This document shows positions 24,201 to 36,051 of a DNA stretch of 64,000 nt, piece after piece. The translations under genes and the position numbers were made by a program. The notes beneath the pieces were generated by a model. The model was not told the DNA's origin, made no database searches, and saw only the letters and a list, made by a program, of their open reading frames with translations. Numbering within the stretch: the first letter of the stretch is position 1; each line of letters opens with the position of its first letter. This DNA comes from Botryllus schlosseri (taxonomy: Eukaryota). The stretch lies in NCBI GenBank assembly GCA_051294905.1, contig CM119379.1:20398001-20462000 (forward strand), read 5' to 3'.

Positions 24201-26021
24201 CCCAACCCTAATATCCCCCCTTTCAAACCCTAAAATCTCCATTCCCCCACCCAACCCTAATATCCGTCTCTCCAAAGGCAAAAACAATTTACCCAGATTT
24301 TCATAAATTTGACATCTCCATCGGAATCATTAATCGGTATCATTGGGAACACATGTTTGATCTCGTGGGGTGGGGGGTATATCAAAGAAGCGCCACAATT
24401 TCATGGGGTAGCCAGTAAAATTACAAAATATATATATATTTATTTTTATTAAATAAATCCAAACCTTTTTTCACTTGTCGCCGTGCTTCTATAGATAGGT
24501 TGGAATTGCACCAAAATTGGTGTGTATATGCACTTTATGCCGCCTTTAATTAGTTAACCTAACAGATGTATCAAGTAGCCAGTGCAATTTAAGAAAAAAT
24601 ATATTATTTTTGAACATCACTGGTGACCATTCTTGAAATTACAGGGTCCATCTTCCAGTGTTGGGATGACTCGAGTCACCTTTTTCGTAAGACTTAACTT
24701 GACTCGAGTCACTTTGCTAAAATGACTTGACTTGACTTGAATCGGCGTATCAGAAATGTGGATTGACTCGTGACTCGGAGCAAAATTCTCGAGTCAATTT
24801 CAAGTCATCATGTATTGCATGTCATCAATTCGTTTTCTCTATTCTCTATTTTGGCTGGTAACTATAAACTGAGGCTATACAATTATGTAGTTCTACGACC
24901 TTCTTTTGAATATATTTAATTTGATATTCGTTCATTGGTTCAAAATCAATGACCGATCAGTCTGTATTTCAGACATCTAGCAAAATGCAATGACATTAGC
25001 ATGCCTCGTAATTCGAAAAGGCAATTTGACTTGAACTGTGACTTGACTCGTGACTTGACTTGACTTGACTTGACTCGACTTGACTCAAGTCACCTCCAAA
25101 AAACGAGTGACTTGACTTGACTCGAGTCACCTTCGAAAATCGATTGACTTGACTTGACTCGAGTCAAAATGTGCAATGACTCGAGATGACTCGTGACTTG
25201 AAGGTAGTGACTTGATCCCAACACTGCCATCTTCCCGATTACACATACGCACTAAATACGCATGCGACGTTCGAAAATATATTCAGATACCGCCATACGT
25301 GGGATCTTTCACCCATAGTTGTCATAGCAATTTCGCTAATAAAACGAATGTCACCAGACCCCAAAACAACTTTAAACTTGACGCGATCCGAAGAGTAAGA
25401 TCTAACTAAAAAAACTATCAAGTAAAAATGGAAGTAGTTAAAAAGCATAACCGCTTGAGCGAGTAATTAGTACAGGAAGGCAAAATTTTCTTTGAGTGCT
25501 CAGAAAAAGTACTTCGTAACTGGCCACCTCTGCCAATTTGTGGATTTGAATAAATTTTATGTATTCTCCAGGAGAGGGAAGGCAGACTCGAGGAAGCTAT
25601 GTCTCTATACGAATCGGCCATTGAAATCTTGATGACAGCATCCTCAAGTCAGATATCGAATGGGCAATTGCATCCCGCGGGGTTCAATCGTAATTTATTT
25701 CTGCAGAAGAAAATGATCCGAACTCGAAGAGATACCTTTTAAAGCAGATTGAGTCGCACTTGAAAAGGGCCGAAAATTTACGTGAAAATCTTAAGGTGGA
25801 TCCCGAATCTGTGCGTATTAAGGTTTTATAATATCACGCCGATTTACTATTGAGCAGGAATGTTCTGGAAACCTAACACGCGATGGCGCTAGCTCGAGCG
25901 CTGCCGACAGTCAGCTCGCATCCAATCAGGACAAATCGCAGAGTGAGTATTTCGTTTCGTTTGTCACTTGTATTCTCTAGGTGGCACCGTGGAGGCTTTG
26001 CGATCCAATATATCAAATTGA
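15267..26021 (+). CDS. ULK3: Serine/threonine kinase ULK3 (kinase domain plus two MIT domains, about 480 aa)
   Basis: Exons 15267-15368, 15431-15574, 15843-15963, 18269-18373, 18430-18536, 18611-18727, 20510-20665, 20923-21028, 21095-21135, 21207-21294, 23023-23087, 25572-25647, 25707-25795, 25858-25942 and 25981-26021, with consistent phases and GT-AG sites. Motifs [78 protein letters not shown]...YFIPA, EYVGRAE. The last exon is uncertain; read-through to a stop at 25978-25980 is the alternative. Confidence 0.93.
16119..17487 (-). mobile_element. Deleted hAT transposon with relic BED-type zinc finger, in ULK3 intron 3
   Basis: TIR CAGGGTTGCCAT / ATGGCAACCCTG. Perfect TSD CATATATA. AAATAAGGAC subterminal repeats. 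Minus strand 16908-16745 reads [28 protein letters not shown]...HIDT(fs)KHKK. Confidence 0.85.
17511..17850 (+). repeat. G-rich, TTAGGG-containing minisatellite
   Basis: Repeated GATATTAGGGTT(G)n units with a higher-order unit of about 120 nt containing GTATCCCAAGATTAGGGTTAGGGG. Includes TTAGGGTTAGGG. Confidence 0.85.
19528..20451. mobile_element. hAT MITE with GACTT/GACTC pentamer arrays (ULK3 intron 6)
   Basis: Perfect TIR CAGTGTTGGGAT / ATCCCAACACTG. TSD ATATGAAT / ATATGCAT (7/8). Same family as 24656-25226. Confidence 0.9.
21629..22911. mobile_element. hAT MITE (ULK3 intron 10)
   Basis: TIR CAGTGGTTCT(G/C)AA. Perfect TSD CACTATCA. Confidence 0.85.
23300..24610. repeat. Imperfect long inverted repeat with central G-rich then C-rich arms (ULK3 intron 11)
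   Basis: 23300-23475 (CTGGCTACTTGATAAAATTG...TGGCTACCCCAT) is mirrored by 24400-24610 (ATGGGGTAGCCA...TATCAAGTAGCCAG). The G-rich GATATTAGGGTT array at about 23875-24130 switches to the C-rich AACCCTAATATC array at about 24135-24265. The flank family also occurs at about 14050-14200 and 30720-30990. Confidence 0.7.
24656..25226. mobile_element. hAT MITE with GACTT/GACTC pentamer arrays (second copy)
   Basis: Perfect TIR CAGTGTTGGGAT / ATCCCAACACTG. Perfect TSD CCATCTTC. Confidence 0.9.
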
Positions 26022-29000
26022 TTGGTCTCTGCGTCGTTATTAAGCCACTGTCCAAGTGTGCTGGCTACTTGACCTTGTGTAAACACAATATATTCGATGC
26101 TATGTAATCCGCGGTATACAGACTAGTGACGCGTTCGTGAAGGATGTATCTGCGTCGGGCAGTTTATAGCCTCAATCTTAACGCACCGGCGATTTTCAGA
26201 TGGTACATCAAATATTCGTGTTACTCGGCGCTCCTATATTAAATGGCGGATAAGGGTAGTGCGTGGATTCCTCGTATCCCGTGCCGACATTTTAACCACT
26301 CGCATACTGTAAATGATAATAGTGTATTTCGGCTACTTTCGCCATATCTAAGAGGGCAAATCAGGTAAACTGGACATTACGATACACAATTTTGCCGTCA
26401 CACCCATTCTGATGGGAGAAAATGAGTCCAAAACGGCAATTTCAAGGAGATAATCGCTGGGGTGGAAGTGTTCGTGTACCACTCCAGGAATCCGCAGAAA
26501 GATGGTACACTGTGCCCCATCATATATATGGTGTATTTGATTCGTCTCCACCCATTGGAATTTGGTATCAGGAAGTGCCGATGGCCTAATTTGCAGTTTT
26601 GCGTCCTACGTTGTGGCAGAAATCACGGAACTTCGCCTACCCCCGGCAAATTTAAAATGGACCACCATTAGGTGAGATGCAGCCTTAAAACATAAAGCCT
26701 CTTTAAATATATCTCGCTGAAGACGGATTCAGGTCGGTATATGCCCCCGTATGCGTTCTATTGCATCAGTTGGTATATTTCTGTTGACAACATAGTTCTT
26801 GTGTGCGCACATTTGATACACAATGTCATATTTACCTGTGCTGTCTGCTAGCTAGCACGAATACACAAACTTCCAAGAGCGACAGGTGTTAATGTCAATT
26901 TGATGTGTATCTAGTTGAGCAGACTTCGCTTTGCCGCTGCAATTGTCTATTTTAGGGAGTATTTACGTTTCAAGTCATTTAGTAGACCTTGTCATAGAAA
27001 TTTAAGTGCTGCTATTTTCGATGTACTTTAATGCCAGTATCCGAAGCCATCTGGTGGCAAGGCATGGTCGAATGTTGTGTTCATCTTCTGTGACTTATGA
27101 AGAGCCGGCTCATGTGATTCTTGTGACCAGTGTCACCATTTATACCTCTTTCGCGAAACGCAGAAGTTTTGTATCTAAATCAAGTGCGAGACAAGATAAT
27201 CTTCTTACAGCAAGACGCAGACAACATCCTGTACGGCGTTGATTACTCCCTTTGTTGTTGCCTTCGACTCGCGGATTATGAGTGCAACATGCTTCCTGAA
27301 TTTGTGAACTCTTATGTCCCTCGCTTCCTATATCCGAGTTGATCACCTATTAATCTGTTGTTATCGCGGCGAAGTCTTGTACCGGCTATTGATCGACACA
27401 ATATTTGGCGAACGACACACTGTAAATCACTGTCACTTGCCGATATACTTGGAATTCGGACCTAGGTGCATCTTGAGTGATGGTGAACGTTCTAGGGCGC
27501 AATTATGCCATAGCTTGAGTAGGATTAGAATCGCTGTTGCTGGTTTGACACTAATCAATTTGATAGCCAGATGTTGGTGATGTAATTTCACACTGGATTC
27601 ATTTAGCTTCTTGTCCACAGAGGTGGGCGGTAACGAAGTACTGTTTCGGCATACTCAGTAGGCTTTGCCTATGCTTTCACTACTTAACTGGCTATGACTT
27701 TTGGCTACTTCTACTTCTACGAAATGCTCTTGATCCCCACCATCCCCTGCTTCGTGCCAAGTACGACATATTATCAATTTATCACCAATACGCATCTTGT
27801 GACGTTATATAGTGGTTTCACGGGGGCGAAGAGTAATTTCATCCTTCAAGCTGATTTGATAGCGCCATATTTTCCTCATTAGTTTGGATTTTCGGGGTTT
27901 TCGATTCCGCAAAAGCCACACCTGCGCCCGTGTTTTGTGTCGCTGACGCGAGGGCGGCTTTTTGTTGTGGTTCTGCCGCGCCGTGTTTACGAGTCAAACT
28001 TGAATCGCGCGCGGCGTGGATATCGCCGGTAATTGAAGATTGCCGGGATGGTATTTTCCGTATTGCGCGCACGCTTTCCTTGTGTACCGCCGCGCCGCGT
28101 ATATACATCATCCTCAATTCAAGGGTCGCGTATCTGTGTGTCCAAAATATGGCGATTAACACTGGGGTCAACTTCTATCGGGGCGCGTGCTGCTTTCGAA
28201 TGTATCCGCATACCCCCCACTTTGTTTGAGGGTCGATTTTGAGGAATAAGTGTGACGTATAGGCGATTCGATCGGGCCGTAAGGTCAGTGTTACGTCATC
28301 CGCTGAGCGAACCGGAACGTCTTATCGCCGGCTTGCTGAGTTAACCTAATGCCATATTTCCACCTTGTTAGCGCTGTCTGAAATTATAGGCTGTTTGCTG
28401 CGAGACTTGAGGTTTGATGGATTTCGTAGTACTCTGGCGATTAGAGAAGGGGTAACTCGAGAAGGGAACGACCCCCTCGCGCTAATCTTGATACTGAGAA
28501 TGGGGAATGTATTGGTAGAGTAACAGGATATGCCAGTACCTGGTATGCGTGGCTGTAGATTGTTGAATGTCACAACGCGAATACAGAATCCAGCGACACT
28601 ATGTCCGTTTAAATGCTACACCGTTTTTCGTCATTATTTTCGCATGAGATCTCGTGGTATGCTCTGATGCATGATTACATCGTTCCTGAATCCTGAATGA
28701 TCGTACTTGGTGATGAAGTCCGCGTGAAGAAGCAAGCATAGATTGATACACAGCCGGACTACATGCCTGTTTCACAATATGACAGACGCGAAAGTCGACT
28801 TATTCAAGCGTTATACAGTTTCTTGCAGAATTGACTATATATTGCTGCGGATGTCTACCCCCGAAACCCTAGTATCTGCCATCACATCATGATATATATT
28901 TGTTAGTATCTCGTTACTATCCAGTGTCCACATGTTTCTACATTTGACTGCACGGGAATTTGCTGTAAATACATTATCCCCCGCACCGTATGACGTTGTG

Positions 29001-32000
29001 CAAGACTCGACGTTACGATGATCTCGTTGCTCAAGAATTCATTGCTCGCGATTCATAAACTATGCACGCGCGCATCGATGTGCAAGGGCGAGGGCGGACC
29101 GTTTGAAGGCAGTCAAACACGCGAAGTGTTATTGGGCTAATCTTCGTGAAGACTGTTGGTTTAAAATTTTCTTTAATGGAGTGTTATAAATTATTCGTCT
29201 TTCATCCGCTGCTTCGGAGGGCCTTGTGATTGTAATAGCCCGTTATCCTTACTTTCCGCACCTACTCTCGGGCGCTATTAAATTGCTTTCGTGGTATTCC
29301 ATGAACTTAGGTCTTGGGGTTCTCGTAAGCAGCTTACTTAAAGAGAGTATAAACACGCGTAAGGAAGGCGCTTGTACGTTGGATAATCCAGGTTATCTGC
29401 GCCGTGTAGGATTATATCTTTGAAGTGTGAGCTTCTGTTTGGTGGTTGTCGTTCAGTGGTTAGGAATTTCGGCGATTTGACCGCGTATAGGCGAAGTCGT
29501 ACGTGTTCGAGGGCATTGTGTGACTACCACGTTACTGACGCGAGTATATGTTGCGTGAAGTAATTGCCTGTTGGCGGTGATGTTATGACAACCGGTAGCA
29601 ACCATATACACTTGCTATACTGTGCACTGTTAAAATAGGAGGCCCCACCTATGTCCGGTCGATAAAGCATATGCTACTGTCATAAACACGGTTGTAATTG
29701 ACGCTGGACATTCATTATTAATAAATTCGAGGCGAATGTGTGTTTTCAAATCGATGACACTTAAATTTAAACTGTATGTCTGATTTTTGCATTTTCATTT
29801 TCAAGTAAATGCCCACTCCATGCGATACTTTGGGATGTAGACTATACTACGTCTATACTTCCTTTTCCACAAACCGAGATTAACCTACCGTGGTAGATAA
29901 ACTAACCGCTAATTGACAAGTGCAAGTAGGATCAGGATTGGTCGTATTGTATTTTCTAACAGTTTGATCTTGGTCATGCCACATAGTGAAACACGATATT
30001 GCCATGCATTATAGGCGAATCACAGCATTACCACTTCTACTATGGTAAAGCGCTGTTACTATACCCTTTCTTCCTACACTAAGCGCGCGGATACGCACTA
30101 ACCGACTTCGCTCTTGGTATCTCAGTCCCTCGCACGCTTCTACTTCACTCATTTTTGAAGACTTCAACTCGCACTGTATAATATTAGGTCTATACACTGG
30201 AAGCTTGTCAGTACTGGCAAGGGATACGGTAGGTGTCAGAACCGTATAAAGCACAAATTTTGTCAACATTTATTTAATTAATCAAATTTGAAAGCATTTA
30301 GTCTTTAAACAATAATCATACTATCGATAATGAGCATGGATTAGGATTTGGAAAAAACGGATTTGTGAAATGTTGTCGGATTTGGATCGGATTAGGATTT
30401 GAGATATTTTTTAATGAAATAGGATTAGGATTGGATTTACCGATTTTCGGGGAGATTGCGACAAAGTTTTTCGTCCTACCATAGTTACTTCATTTACTTT
30501 GGCACTCATTGAGCGTTACAGAATTATAGGCATAATATGTCGACTTTCTAAATGGAATTCTAAGTTTGAATCGGATTTTCTGGATTAGGATTAGGATTTG
30601 AAGCGTTGGATTTGGATTTGATCAGGACATATAAATTTCAAATAGTATTTACGGTGAGCACAACTATAATAAATAAACAAAGAATCGGTCACCGTAAATA
30701 CTATTTTATTCAAATCCAAATTTTTCGACGGCAATAACTCCGCTTCCACTGGTTGAAAGTGAACCAAATTTGTTGAGCATCGTTTCTATAGACAGCGTAA
30801 CACTTTCATGGAGTGAACAGAAAATTTTTAAATTTTTTAGTATTTATTTTTATGTAATAAATAGAAATTTATTCTGTAGCAAAGCGGTTACTGGCTGGAA
30901 TTGAACCAAATTTTGTGTGTAGGCTTAAATTAGGCAACCCAACAATTTTATCAAGTAGCCAGTACGATTTGAGAAAAAAAGTCATTTTTGAAGAGCCCTA
31001 ATGTACAGATTAGGATTCAACTACCTTATTTATGAACCGTGAGAACCAATGCAATTGCTGGCTTTAGGTGTATAGGATGCATATAGAAAGTTTTGTAATG
31101 TCTGCTTTCACTATAGTATTATATTACCACAGAACAGTTAAATTTAATAAGTTATGATTTGGCATGTATGTATCTATAACATGTAACTTATACATTGAAA
31201 GGCATCATCATCCAATCAACTGAGATACGCTCACGCTCATTCTCCAGTAGCTATAAAAATTGCATTCCATTGTTTTCTCATTGCTAAGTGGGCATTTGGC
31301 AGTCTACAGAGCAGCGGCATGAAAAGCAGGCAAATAGAAAGAATATCTATGCATGCCCCTGTGACACCATCTCTGCGCGTCGATCGCTGGCGAAGTTTAA
31401 AATTGCTTTCTCCCCGCCCGCCCCCCGGGTTACCACTTTTGTTTACATATGTGTTTGAGGTCTTGTTATTTCAAGTGCTCGCATTATATCATTAGCGGGG
31501 CCATACAAACGTCCGCGTAATCGCATGATGGTTGTAATTCGCCTTACCGTAATTCAATGATCCTTGTTTGCATATGTGTGGTCTCAGCGGTCTTTGAGCT
31601 TTCTCTTTATCCGAAGCATTACAAATGAGGATAATACCTGCAATTACGATTCGGCATCTATGCTTTTCGGATTGACTTCAATCGCTTTCTTTTTGGTCAA
31701 TTTACTTCTATAGCGCTCCCGATCAGAAAGTTTCGTACTGCTAACTTTTTCGGCGCGATTCTCTCTCTGAAGTGCCCGCGTCGAGTAATAGCCGACGATT
31801 ATTAGAAAATACGCTTATTTGTAATCTATTCGGTGTAAATATGACATGTTTCGCGTATCTCGCGCGGCATGAAACATGGCGGACCACCCGTGTCGGAAGG
31901 CGAATATCGTATTCAGCCAGGCGTTATAATCGGCGCGGGTGGCTGTTTACGTCGCGGTCACGCGCACGCGCCAATGCGACTTGAGACAGGCCGTTTTTTT

Positions 32001-32384
32001 ATGAAAACAAAATAACTCGACCTATTTTGAAATGCGTCACGTGTTGGCGAAAACAGCCATCTGCTGTTTTTTAAATAAAACCGGCCACAGGTATTTAGCA
32101 ACAGCACAATTTCTTCACTTATACCCCCAATAGGCATACCTTGCCGTATCGGCTATACTTAAAGCGCATAGGATATTGTTTGTCGACAATTTGTGGGCAC
32201 ACTTGCTGATTCACCTGTCCGCCCAATGTGTACCGGCGTCTACGCTCTGTACACACCATGCCCATGGCCCTAAAAAGGTATAGCCGGTTGTGTCTGAAGC
32301 GAAAGTAGGAGCAAAGGTTGATATCGATACTTGCCTGCGATTTGACGTTGAGGGATCGAATTTCTGACACAAGTTAGATATTTC

Positions 32385-32638
32385 CAGAGGTGGTCAGTAA
32401 CGAAGTACTTCTACTTTTCGAAATGCTTGAAGTAGAATTTGCCTACTCGCACTACTTATTAAGTAGTTATGATTTTAGACTACTTCTACTTCTGCTTGAC
32501 AGTTTTCCGGCAAAGATAGGCGTGGAATACCTACTTACTTATATATGAACCACCACTCCTATTTTTACTTGAGTAGAAATCCCGGCGTTACTTCTACTTC
32601 TACTTGAGTAGCAAGGGTGACTACTTTGACCGCCTCTG
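32385..32638. mobile_element. hAT MITE with CTACTT repeats
   Basis: TIR CAGAGG(T/C)GGTCA. Perfect TSD GATATTTC. A related left-end fragment starts at 27618. Confidence 0.85.
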
Positions 32639-34579
32639 GATATTTCTGAAGGCTTCGCATTGAATGTACGATTGTGCAATGTGCAACTGTGCATGCCTAT
32701 TTGTAACACGGTCTTCCAATTTTATTACTATATAACGTAGATTGACTTCACCATGTCGTTTCAAACGAGTCCTTGCTTTCTTTTCGTTGCATCACAATCC
32801 TTGTTGTAGCTTGAATTGACGGAAATTGCTAATAAAATGATGTAAATGAAATGGAAATATGTTTCGATAAATATGACTGTGTTAGACCGTTGACCGACAT
32901 TTGAGCATTAGATACTTGAGCATATGACTTTATAACCCTAAAACAACCCGATTCTAATCAGAAAGGTATCCCACACGCACACACTGTAGTTTCACATGCT
33001 ATATTATGTGGCATGCTCAATGCTCATTGCTCATGTGTCCACAGACCGTCTTGGACATGGGTCCAAAATACTACCAGATACAGTTCTGCAAAGCTATAGT
33101 TACAGTCTTCAAGAGGGTGATCATCATTTTTTTTACCTTCATAACACCACAGTATTGCGACACAGTCCAGCGGTAGGATGTATAGACGAAAGGACTTGGT
33201 ACACATACTGTCTATCAAACAATATCTCGTATACAGCATCGCTCGTAGATAGTAATAAAAACAGAAAAACATGGGACATACCAAATTTTTGAGAATTGCT
33301 TGGAGACTTTCCTATAAAGTCTTCTGCGCTTTACTCTCTTCTACGCGTTACTCTCCTAGCTTTATTTCGGCCCCGATATCGTCGACTGTGGGGTCGTTCG
33401 GTCAGAAACCATCGGTCATAATTCTCACCTTTGTAACCTCGCGAGCCGCTCGCACGGCGTCGTTAAGTTTGACACTAAAATTGTACAATGTACAGCCGCT
33501 GCCGCCTTCCCCGGATTACAATAAATCCGCCCTCCTCGCCTTCGCGCTCACTTAAACCTGAAACGTGGACGCTCGTGTTGTTATTTGCATGACTTTGTCC
33601 GATCAAGCGACGCGCGCGAATATCTCCGGCTGTACCTGGCAGTAGCGCCGTTGATGAAGGGTCTTTCGCCTTGGGAGTTGTGTATTTCGCGGATTCTCAC
33701 CCAAACTTATGGTGTAAATCAGATAAACGGTAATTTCAGCTCCCAAATTGTGCTTTCACACCCTTCCAATGGGTGAAATGAGTCAAATCGTGCATTTTAC
33801 ACTTGAACAGAACCCACTATACTACCTGGGATATTGGCCAATCCCCATAAGTATTGGTATATTTGACCCATTTTCACCAATTGGAATGGGTGTGTCAGCA
33901 CAATTTGGTACATGAAAGTGCCGTCTACCTGGTTTGCACCCTACGCTATGACGGAAATCTGATAAATACGCCAATGGATTTGCAGCGCACGGACTCGTTC
34001 ACCTCTGTAAATTGTGTCTTGATAGGATACATAATCACATCCAGGAATTTGACTCACGCGCGGCGTTGGTATAGTCTATAGTCGGGTCGTGTTGAGTATG
34101 CGACCTTGCGAACGATACCCGGGAAGGCACCTGGCCTTAATCGCGTGTTCGGTATTCTTTCGATCGCGATCTGGGGTTAGCGTCGATTCAAGGTGAGAAA
34201 TTCGATCGGGGAAACGTGTGTCCTCGCTGCTATAGTTTACGGGCCGTCATTTTAACCCTCGTATATACCGGGAAACCTTAGGGAAACCCGATGGCCTCGA
34301 TTAACTGAAGCTTCTATTACCGATATGAAAGTCTCGGACATTCGCAGATACCAATTCGTACTGTATTTCGTACTGTACTTGTCAGCATTTGTTGTTCACA
34401 ACTTTAGAAGGGTCGTAATTCCATTCTGACGGAATGAATCGATCAATCTTTCTGCAGCAAAACACTGCATTGATGTATGGATCGTCCCGTATTTAAAACG
34501 CTGTTTCAACAAAAAAATGATAAGTTATGACTGGTTCCAAATCCGACACGATGATATAGGCGCAAGAGAAATCAGAAGT

Positions 34580-34858
34580 CTATTGCCATTTGCATCTCCA
34601 TGACTATGTGAAGCTTCTTTGTTTTGACTAAAATTAAAAGCTGTGCACGAGAGAGATTTGTTGGAATTGAAGACGAATGTTGGGAACAATGCAATGTAGC
34701 CGTTTCAGTCAGATATATATTAGTATAAATATGCATACTGCATAGCAAACGCATTACGACGGGGATTTAATTACAAATCAAATTTTTGTAAGTGTGCCGC
34801 AAGTGTTTTATTATTTTTTTAAGTGTGCCACAATCCAAAAAAAGTTTGGGAACAACTG
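34580..34858 (+). mobile_element. 3' relic of a Buster-type hAT transposase and right terminus
   Basis: LLPFASP*LCEAS(fs)VLTKIKSCARER resembles the hAT C-terminal dimerisation motif. It is followed by the right-end-like AAAAAGTTTGGGAACAACTG. Confidence 0.55.
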
Positions 34859-35508
34859 CGCTAAACCGTACTCCGACGGGTACGTATAGAAAGCGCCAAA
34901 CCGTCGGCAGATCCGACTAAATCGCCTGTCATCGACGCTTACTCTCCGCTACATAATTTCACGGAATGCATTCGTAATTCGATACTTTATATTATTTGGA
35001 TGAGGTCATATAGACCGGTTGACCTTGTTGGGGTAGATTGTCACCGATATTCAAGTGAACCCATTCAAAACGCTGATAGATTTATCAGGCGCTCCGTGTG
35101 AAACGCGTCCGGGGCGCGTATTTACAGGAATTATCTGCGAGACATGTGCTCGCACGCCGAATCTGAGCTGGCTGGGACTGACTTCTTGTCGTGATCCGAC
35201 ACACGGTTTTTGGATTCGGATCCATGTCGCTGTCACGTCTTTGAATTGTCGTACGTCCCAATTTTGCACATTCTTTTTAGTTAGGAATCTGAAAAAAAAA
35301 CATTGTATCAATGCGAAAAAGTATCGGGCGAAAGTGACACCTTTCAAAATCGAAACATGAAAATAACAATTAATTTGCGAGTTATAAATATTTTTAAAAT
35401 ATGGATGTGAAGCCGAACCCACCGCTGAAGTTCTTTTCAAATCATGATGTCGATTCGTATCAATTCGTCTGGCCTTAAAGCCGTTGACAATAAAAATTCA
35501 ATGGGTTA

Positions 35509-36051
35509 ATGGGGCGGGCAACTTCCTCCGGTCGGCGGGCCTGACATGGGAAAATGAAGTACTCGGCGGGCCGGATGACAGTATCGATACGTTGATCGCG
35601 TATTTATCCACCTATATAAGGAATAAGTCGTATTTCATGTAAACCGTAATTTTAAAGAATAGAGACCAAAAACAGCATTTAATGAATTTATTAACCTAAT
35701 GTACTTCAATAACTTTTGAGGTCGATCAGACATCTGCGGTCGAACAATGTTGTCAACAAGTTCTTGGAACTGTGAGTGCATGTCGGCTGTAGAAAGACTG
35801 CACGGGAACATCAGTTCTATCGGAACCGCAGCCTTGTCTTGTTAATGTCCATGGTCGAAAATGTTTCCTCGCAAATGCATGTAGTGTAGACCCGAACAGA
35901 ACAAGTTGTTTCATAACCATCTTTCTCAGGTTGGCAAACTTTGATTCATTTTGTGATGCATAAAGTTTGTCAGTACTTTCAGATTAGAATTTCACTTTCA
36001 GGGTAGAAACTTTCCACGGGCCGCTCAATATCCCGTCGTTGCCCGCCTCTG
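35509..36051. mobile_element. Degenerate hAT MITE; partial second copy at about 40698-40982
   Basis: Ends GGCGGGCAAC / GTTGCCCGCCTCTG. The internal ATCGCGTATTTATCCAC...TAGAGACCAAAAACAG...GACATCTG(C/T)GGTCGA...CAATGTTGTCAAC is shared with 40698-40982. Confidence 0.65.

Noticed and set aside
26422-26590. 55-aa plus-strand ORF MSPKRQFQGDNRWGG... after ULK3
   Set aside because: Length expected by chance; no homology recognised and no splice support.
27006-27618. Cluster of overlapping ORFs with hAT-like words (CCTH, LATRWL)
   Set aside because: The motifs are too short and interrupted by many stops; no TIR or TSD pair was found.
29445-29515. tRNA-like start GTCGTTCAGTGGTTAGGA
   Set aside because: Only an A-box-like match; no T-arm consensus or acceptor stem.
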